Virus record (IMG/VR): IMGVR_UViG_3300025372_000013
Length of the DNA stretch: 35,468 nucleotides
Strand: one strand, 5' to 3'
DNA from: an uncultured virus (IMG/VR IMGVR_UViG_3300025372_000013)
Taxonomy: Duplodnaviria; Heunggongvirae; Uroviricota; Caudoviricetes
Each line of letters starts with the position of its first letter. The first letter of the stretch is position 1. The notes under the pieces were generated by a model, which made no database searches, had not been told where the DNA came from, and saw nothing but the letters and a program-made list of their open reading frames with translations. Shown one piece after another: positions 32,101 to 35,468 of the stretch. Made by a program: the position numbers and the translations under genes.

Positions 32101-32298
32101 AATGGTATCAGTTCCGTTACGGCCACTTTCACGTAGAAGAATTGATCCATTTGGTGCTTCTGGATTAACTACAATGCCTGGTACTCCCTTGTCCTTTTCA
32201 GGAAGGATCTCAGATTTTCCACCAGGACGAGCTACAATGCGCCTATTACTTGGGCCCTTAGCAAGTGCTTCTTTGATTCTATCGAATTGACCAGCCAT
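29134..32298 (-). CDS. Large, largely low-complexity hydrophilic protein (1054 aa); possible internal virion protein
   Basis: Rich in E/D/R/P/A; recurrent TTMR motif; C-terminal CPQC...CAKC. Confidence 0.75.
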   Translation of the reverse strand: MAGQFDRIKEALAKGPSNRRIVARPGGKSEILPEKDKGVPGIVVNPEAPNGSILLRESGRNGTDTIESNDTFPAPETVNNVFGLERIAAEYDKTASANRRNADAARAEEAAAAAEQEHTENLKTTSMRMGKFGRHVVDTDATLRTARDRGYTPVDTSTQETIESSTGIKPDTFRKNRNEQRRKEIADAFEAPDLATTTMRRDANGNPYDTEDENHGPSVKEGMDDSAPVKIPVYDEEGNVNYPYSDPNSPLSTTMREAINVAQVDRPGTRKGLPSKFANGKEASPDRAAYDAERPLTAFKNNKGEVISTKDMVPKTEGERGQGLDEREDDASRAASGIPTVDKSDNAETTEPKKNQLEEGTHVEESEEEREKRENAELYPSKEVEEAMSGSDRQDLMDRREAKLRAATAKDVAAERAAKGQRAPKPVKAPAEPRFGETPWDQQDLWDEEGNVKPEHDINSDYFDEKGRPVKPGANPMSTTTMRERVTPAPVFRSPAHEAAFNARTASMNRLREKHAKYLNGEFDDKGQQHLKAAEAAYTADLKQHNRAYVEPEGGYFSNEPDTVTYEEAPGVRGSNITPALDKPERPSNRNNLIHIDTSLYQDENRSDEDLEKERRRNARNRSRNTKTSELKLNETSAGAPATLSDERNYVDTQKLLNRSQQGVPNTLMAPEVHERAKRLATRLGMTPQQVNGPTFTREHVASMAYVMHHAGIEEDTSGANKDLKKLAAHTGSGGQQVKVNGQKTGINEDRLLATRNLMDKAERWKEGKQTTYVEGTDKSKGHIIRDEDYFKAPKSGEIVPFSNTNHPEHPGFNLTGSEQEFTGFTAHPDAGGVPLVRGSMEGGDFYHEGWHPYKYRSKDGTERRVFEKHSIPQNAIHAGDIMKELASKGITTTAAIDRMSKNKPVGIELSGMAVNSYEDPEHYAKHDSESSPVANCPQCAHENHIRVGMSSGNCAKCGEVTAALAGTRKANNEAAWKDMAIKMDQAGRPALAPRTLKGLHSFTNASGETEQLKPEAVAKIKPFTRTEGQFVEQNNAADLRKLYGNGTPTTDKE

Positions 32299-32302
32299 AG
32301 TA

Positions 32303-33274
32303 TTATTCCTTTTCCTGTCCTACGCCAAATTCAGCTGTGCGAGTAGTTCCATGGATCTCATCCATAGACTTTCCACCGTAGCCCTGATCTTCTTTACCTT
32401 CTTCGCCAAAACTGTTTCGGCCAATTAAGTCGTTAGCTTCTCCGCTTGTGATGTGTCCGCCAGAATAAGCCTTAGCAACATCAATACGTGAAGGTGTAGC
32501 ATTAATACCAAACTTAGCCTTATTAACGGATGCTTTTACATCCGTAGCGTTAATAGCACCAAATGGGGATGGTGTGCGTGTAGGTGCAGGTTCAAATGCG
32601 TTACCAAGAGATGGCAGAGGAGATCCAAACACTGGCTTGGATGGACCGGTAAATGCTTCAGATACTTCATCTGGGTGTGGTGTTGATCCATCAACAGCAG
32701 CTGGAGCAGAAAATGCTTTAGCTCCTGATGCTGCGGGTGTTACCTCTTCAAATTGATTTTCTGTGCGTGTAGGTGTTGACTCGTCAGTAACATTAGTCGT
32801 ACCCTTACCCTTACCTTTTTTACCCTCGGTAGGAGTCATCGAATCGTAAAGCTTATCTTGAGTTCTTTTTGAGATATCACTAGCAAGCACGCCGTTCTTC
32901 ATACCAACGATGCCTACATGCGTTTGGAATAGAGCAGCTCCCTTTTTAGCGGCCTCTGCATATTCCTCTGGATTAGATTCTTTATCAATGCCTTCAGTAT
33001 GGGCGTCAATGTACGCCTGGCGATTTGCAGCAGAGTTTGCTGTAGTTTCTACGCCTTTGCCAATTCCCTTAAATACTGCGCCGCTAAGTTGTTCACGTGT
33101 GCGATAACCGTGTTGAACACCTAGGCGCTCTAATGCTTGCTGATGGCCGTAGTCCATAACCATCTTCTGAAGCTTAAACTTATTCTTGGTAGCAAAGTAG
33201 CCCCCACCAGCCTTAATAAGGCTATTGAGAGGATTGCCCCCAGGTTGAACCATGTTTTGGCCGCTACTCTGCAT
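32303..33274 (-). CDS. Low-complexity hypothetical protein (~323 aa); possible internal virion protein
   Basis: Likely start MQSSGQ at 33274, which avoids a long overlap with 33264..33479; Gly/Ala/Pro/Thr-rich. Confidence 0.7.
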   Translation of the reverse strand: MQSSGQNMVQPGGNPLNSLIKAGGGYFATKNKFKLQKMVMDYGHQQALERLGVQHGYRTREQLSGAVFKGIGKGVETTANSAANRQAYIDAHTEGIDKESNPEEYAEAAKKGAALFQTHVGIVGMKNGVLASDISKRTQDKLYDSMTPTEGKKGKGKGTTNVTDESTPTRTENQFEEVTPAASGAKAFSAPAAVDGSTPHPDEVSEAFTGPSKPVFGSPLPSLGNAFEPAPTRTPSPFGAINATDVKASVNKAKFGINATPSRIDVAKAYSGGHITSGEANDLIGRNSFGEEGKEDQGYGGKSMDEIHGTTRTAEFGVGQEKE

Positions 33275-33479
33275 CTGACGTTCCCATCTGTTCTGAGAGC
33301 AAAAGTTTAGCAACTCCACCCTGTTCTGTAAGCACTTGAGTGTTTTTATTATAGTGGTGCAGGCAAAAGGCCAAATCCCCATATGGCAGGGATACTACAA
33401 CCTGGGCCCTAGCAGAACAGCCGTCACACTGGATTCTGCCCTGAGAGGGGGTTTCAACTTCCAGAACGGTCTGAGTCAT
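33264..33479 (-). CDS. Small zinc-binding protein, CxxC..CxHH type common in Actinobacteria
   Basis: QCDGCSARAQVVV.L..G.LAFCLHH. Confidence 0.75.
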   Translation of the reverse strand: MTQTVLEVETPSQGRIQCDGCSARAQVVVSLPYGDLAFCLHHYNKNTQVLTEQGGVAKLLLSEQMGTSDAE

Positions 33480-33485
33480 GGGGCT

Positions 33486-33491
33486 ATTCTA
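33486..33491 (-). promoter_or_regulatory. -10 hexamer of a probable leaderless transcript
   Basis: TAGAAT exactly 6 nt before the ATG at 33479, no SD, immediately after a terminator. Confidence 0.65.
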
Positions 33492-33502
33492 CCCGTTAAA
33501 GC

Positions 33503-33535
33503 AAAAAGCCGGGAGCGTTAACTCCCGGCTCTTTT
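33503..33535 (-). terminator. Rho-independent terminator (possibly bidirectional)
   Basis: AGCCGGGAG-N6-CTCCCGGCT with an A-run on one side and a T-run on the other. Confidence 0.85.
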
Positions 33536-33544
33536 CTACTGAGA

Positions 33545-34507
33545 TTAAGCAGCGTATGGTGCGATTGTGATAGCAGCACCAGCAGCAACTGAAGCAGTAC
33601 CTGCAGCGATTGATTGGCTGTAGATTGTACCTGCACGAGCTGCAACCTTAACAGTACCTGTATCTGCGCCTGAAGCAATTGTTCCAGATGCAACAGTGTT
33701 GTATGTAAGGGTTGAGCCTGAAGCTGAAACGAGAGTGAATGTTCCGTTTACAGCTGTGTTAGTTACAGCAGCGATTGTAGCTGAGTCACCAGCAGCAAAT
33801 CCGTGAGCAGCAGATGTAGTAATTGTTACCAATGTACCTGTGCGAGCTACGTTAGAAATTGCTGGGGTAACTGCAGAACCGGTTGTTGGGACAAGCTCAA
33901 GATCTGTAAGGATCGCTGTAGCGTTTGCAGTTGTTTGTCCGATAACTGATGGGACAGTTACATAAGCAACTCCACTAACATATGAACCATCTGAATCAGC
34001 AGCACCTGCACCAAGTTGTGCAATAGCTGTTTGACCTGTGATTGATACGCCTGAACCAGCTGAGTTTGTAACTGTGAAGCTGTAAGCGTTAGCTGTTGCG
34101 ATTGTTGCGTTTGTTAGGTTAAATGCTGAGTTTGTGCAACCAGTGATGGTTACGTTCTGTCCAGCAGCAAACAACCAGTTAGGGTTCTGAGCTGTGTAGG
34201 TTACGGTTGTTCCATTACCTGAAGCAGCGGTTACACGAAGAACAGGGTCTGCAGCGATAAATCCTGGGTGACCTGAGTAGTTAGCTTCTGCAATAGCGTG
34301 GCTATCGTAAGCATAGTTAAGAAGAGCTGAGTTAACTGTTGAAGTAGTAGTCCATTGCTTGTTCTGTGCAGGGCTTACTGTGACAGTTGCAGATGGTGTT
34401 CCAGCGGTACGTTGGTCATTTGGCTGAATAGGGAAGTTACCCCATACAAAGTCAACTGCTACGTTACCAGCTGAGTCAAGGTTGTTACCTTCGAGGCTTG
34501 TTGCCAT
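33545..34507 (-). CDS. Ala/Thr-rich virion surface protein with PASTA-like domain and two beta-repeat modules
   Basis: VTVPSVIGQTTANA..IL...ELV ... GTIYSQS.AAG...V..G..ITI; two (HG)FAAG[QD]..TI modules; capsid-like codon bias. Confidence 0.65.
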   Translation of the reverse strand: MATSLEGNNLDSAGNVAVDFVWGNFPIQPNDQRTAGTPSATVTVSPAQNKQWTTTSTVNSALLNYAYDSHAIAEANYSGHPGFIAADPVLRVTAASGNGTTVTYTAQNPNWLFAAGQNVTITGCTNSAFNLTNATIATANAYSFTVTNSAGSGVSITGQTAIAQLGAGAADSDGSYVSGVAYVTVPSVIGQTTANATAILTDLELVPTTGSAVTPAISNVARTGTLVTITTSAAHGFAAGDSATIAAVTNTAVNGTFTLVSASGSTLTYNTVASGTIASGADTGTVKVAARAGTIYSQSIAAGTASVAAGAAITIAPYAA

Positions 34508-34537
34508 TGTGTTACCTTTTTCTCTAGAGAGGGTTAA

Positions 34538-34557
34538 AGTCCCATGCGCTTGGGACT
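34538..34557 (-). promoter_or_regulatory. Leader hairpin downstream of a possible extended -10
   Basis: AGTCCCA-N6-TGGGACT, preceded on the minus strand by TG-T-TACTAT. Confidence 0.4.
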
Positions 34558-34577
34558 AGAGAATAGTAACAGAGAGA

Positions 34578-35144
34578 TTAAGCTTCTTGTACGTAAGTGT
34601 GAATTTCTCCGCCAGAATATATGTCATGTTTGATAGCAGCTTCTATGGCTCTCTTTAAAGCCTTCTCTGCTACCTCAGGAGATGTTATTTTTTGATAGTT
34701 CTGTATCTCTAAAGCACCTACGGCAATATCTCCGCCGCTGCCGGAATAGTAAATGTTGCGGGCTTCTCTGTCCCAGCTGTAGTCATTGAAGATTGGGTAA
34801 ATAACACCACGTACACATACTAGGAGATTAGAGTCATGCCAGGCAGCATCCCCATCTTCCTTACCTTCATACCCGGCATCCTGAAATGCCTTACGAAGTT
34901 GAGGGATAAACTTATTCGTCATAAAGAGATCTAAGTTCTCGTTTGCACGTGGCTTAGGAGGTTTCCACCCAAACTGGGCAATATTTCCACCACGGGATGC
35001 TCCAGAGACTGCAATAAGGACTCCATTGTTCTCTACAATCTTATGAGTAGCAAGATCCATGTAGCGACCGCCCTCGTCAGAGGCACGTGAGTCACATCCA
35101 ATAACGGCCCAACCATCACCTTGTATTGCGGCAAGTGTAGTCAT
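34578..35144 (-). CDS. Proteasome beta-subunit/HslV-like Ntn-hydrolase protease
   Basis: N-terminal M-TT, DSRAS, KI, SGSGG..A.GAL, D.YSGG. Confidence 0.88.
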   Translation of the reverse strand: MTTLAAIQGDGWAVIGCDSRASDEGGRYMDLATHKIVENNGVLIAVSGASRGGNIAQFGWKPPKPRANENLDLFMTNKFIPQLRKAFQDAGYEGKEDGDAAWHDSNLLVCVRGVIYPIFNDYSWDREARNIYYSGSGGDIAVGALEIQNYQKITSPEVAEKALKRAIEAAIKHDIYSGGEIHTYVQEA

Positions 35145-35179
35145 AGTTCCCTCTCGTCTTGGTACCTAATGGTAGCAGG

Positions 35180-35468
35180 TTACTCTTCAAAACCCAACTC
35201 AAAGTGTTGGCTGCGGGTTCTAGGCAAATTGCCATAATTGACCACTTGCCAGGGCCAACCGGATAATACTGTATTTACATAATCGTTAGTAGAGGCTGCG
35301 TTTACTAAATCTGACCACATATCATAGGTAACCTGGTCGTACTGAATCCAGGTGTAATTATCCCTCATAATAATAACAAGGGTTTCATTGTTTGGGTTAT
35401 ACCCAGCCTTCATAGCCCTAGGCCTTACACCACCAGATGTAGGGGCGTATATCTCTTCATAACCTGGG
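35180..35468 (-). CDS. KTSC-domain-like protein (5' end outside window)
   Basis: Frame stays open to the window edge: PGYEEIYAPTSGGVRPRAMKAGYNP..ETL.I..R....Y..V....W..L..A.S...Y. Confidence 0.6.
   Translation of the reverse strand, partial: PGYEEIYAPTSGGVRPRAMKAGYNPNNETLVIIMRDNYTWIQYDQVTYDMWSDLVNAASTNDYVNTVLSGWPWQVVNYGNLPRTRSQHFELGFEE

Noticed and set aside
13466..32756. Many plus-strand ORFs antisense to fibres, scaffold, portal, terL and the large proteins
   Set aside because: Shadow frames of well-supported minus-strand genes, without promoters, RBS or recognisable motifs.
33275..33382. N-terminal extensions given in the ORF track (33382, also 26393, 19682, 9309, 1505)
   Set aside because: They overlap upstream genes or promoters; downstream starts have an RBS or stop-start coupling.
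1..35468. tRNA genes, CRISPR arrays, integrase/transposase, introns or inteins
   Set aside because: No cloverleaf or repeat-spacer pattern in the short intergenic gaps; terL, portal and capsid genes are uninterrupted and of normal size.

Overview
Head/neck morphogenesis region of a contractile-tailed dsDNA phage, almost entirely on the minus strand. An actinobacterial host is likely: there are leaderless TANNNT promoters, a PASTA-like domain, a proteasome-beta/HslV-like protease and a CxxC..CxHH protein. In transcription order the window holds a KTSC-like gene (partial), an Ntn protease, a PASTA-like surface protein, two large low-complexity proteins, small basic proteins with an HNH gene, a lone plus-strand lytic transglycosylase with a structured leader, terminase, portal, scaffold, major capsid and a connector. 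A ~15 kb fibre/glycosylation block follows, then head closure, Lys- and Cys-rich micro-ORFs, neck/tail-completion genes and the start of the tail sheath. The most notable feature is a duplicated cassette: fibre -> Tyr-rich tip protein -> DUF6065-like protein + 'LSNPTF' small protein(s) -> glycosyltransferase (GT61 or GT60). One tip protein carries a 299-aa insert with 28 Cys arranged as a mirror-symmetric 14+14 ladder around a central YY-KGGN-YY turn, which suggests one giant disulfide-stapled beta-hairpin. All family names come from motif recognition by eye, not from database searches.
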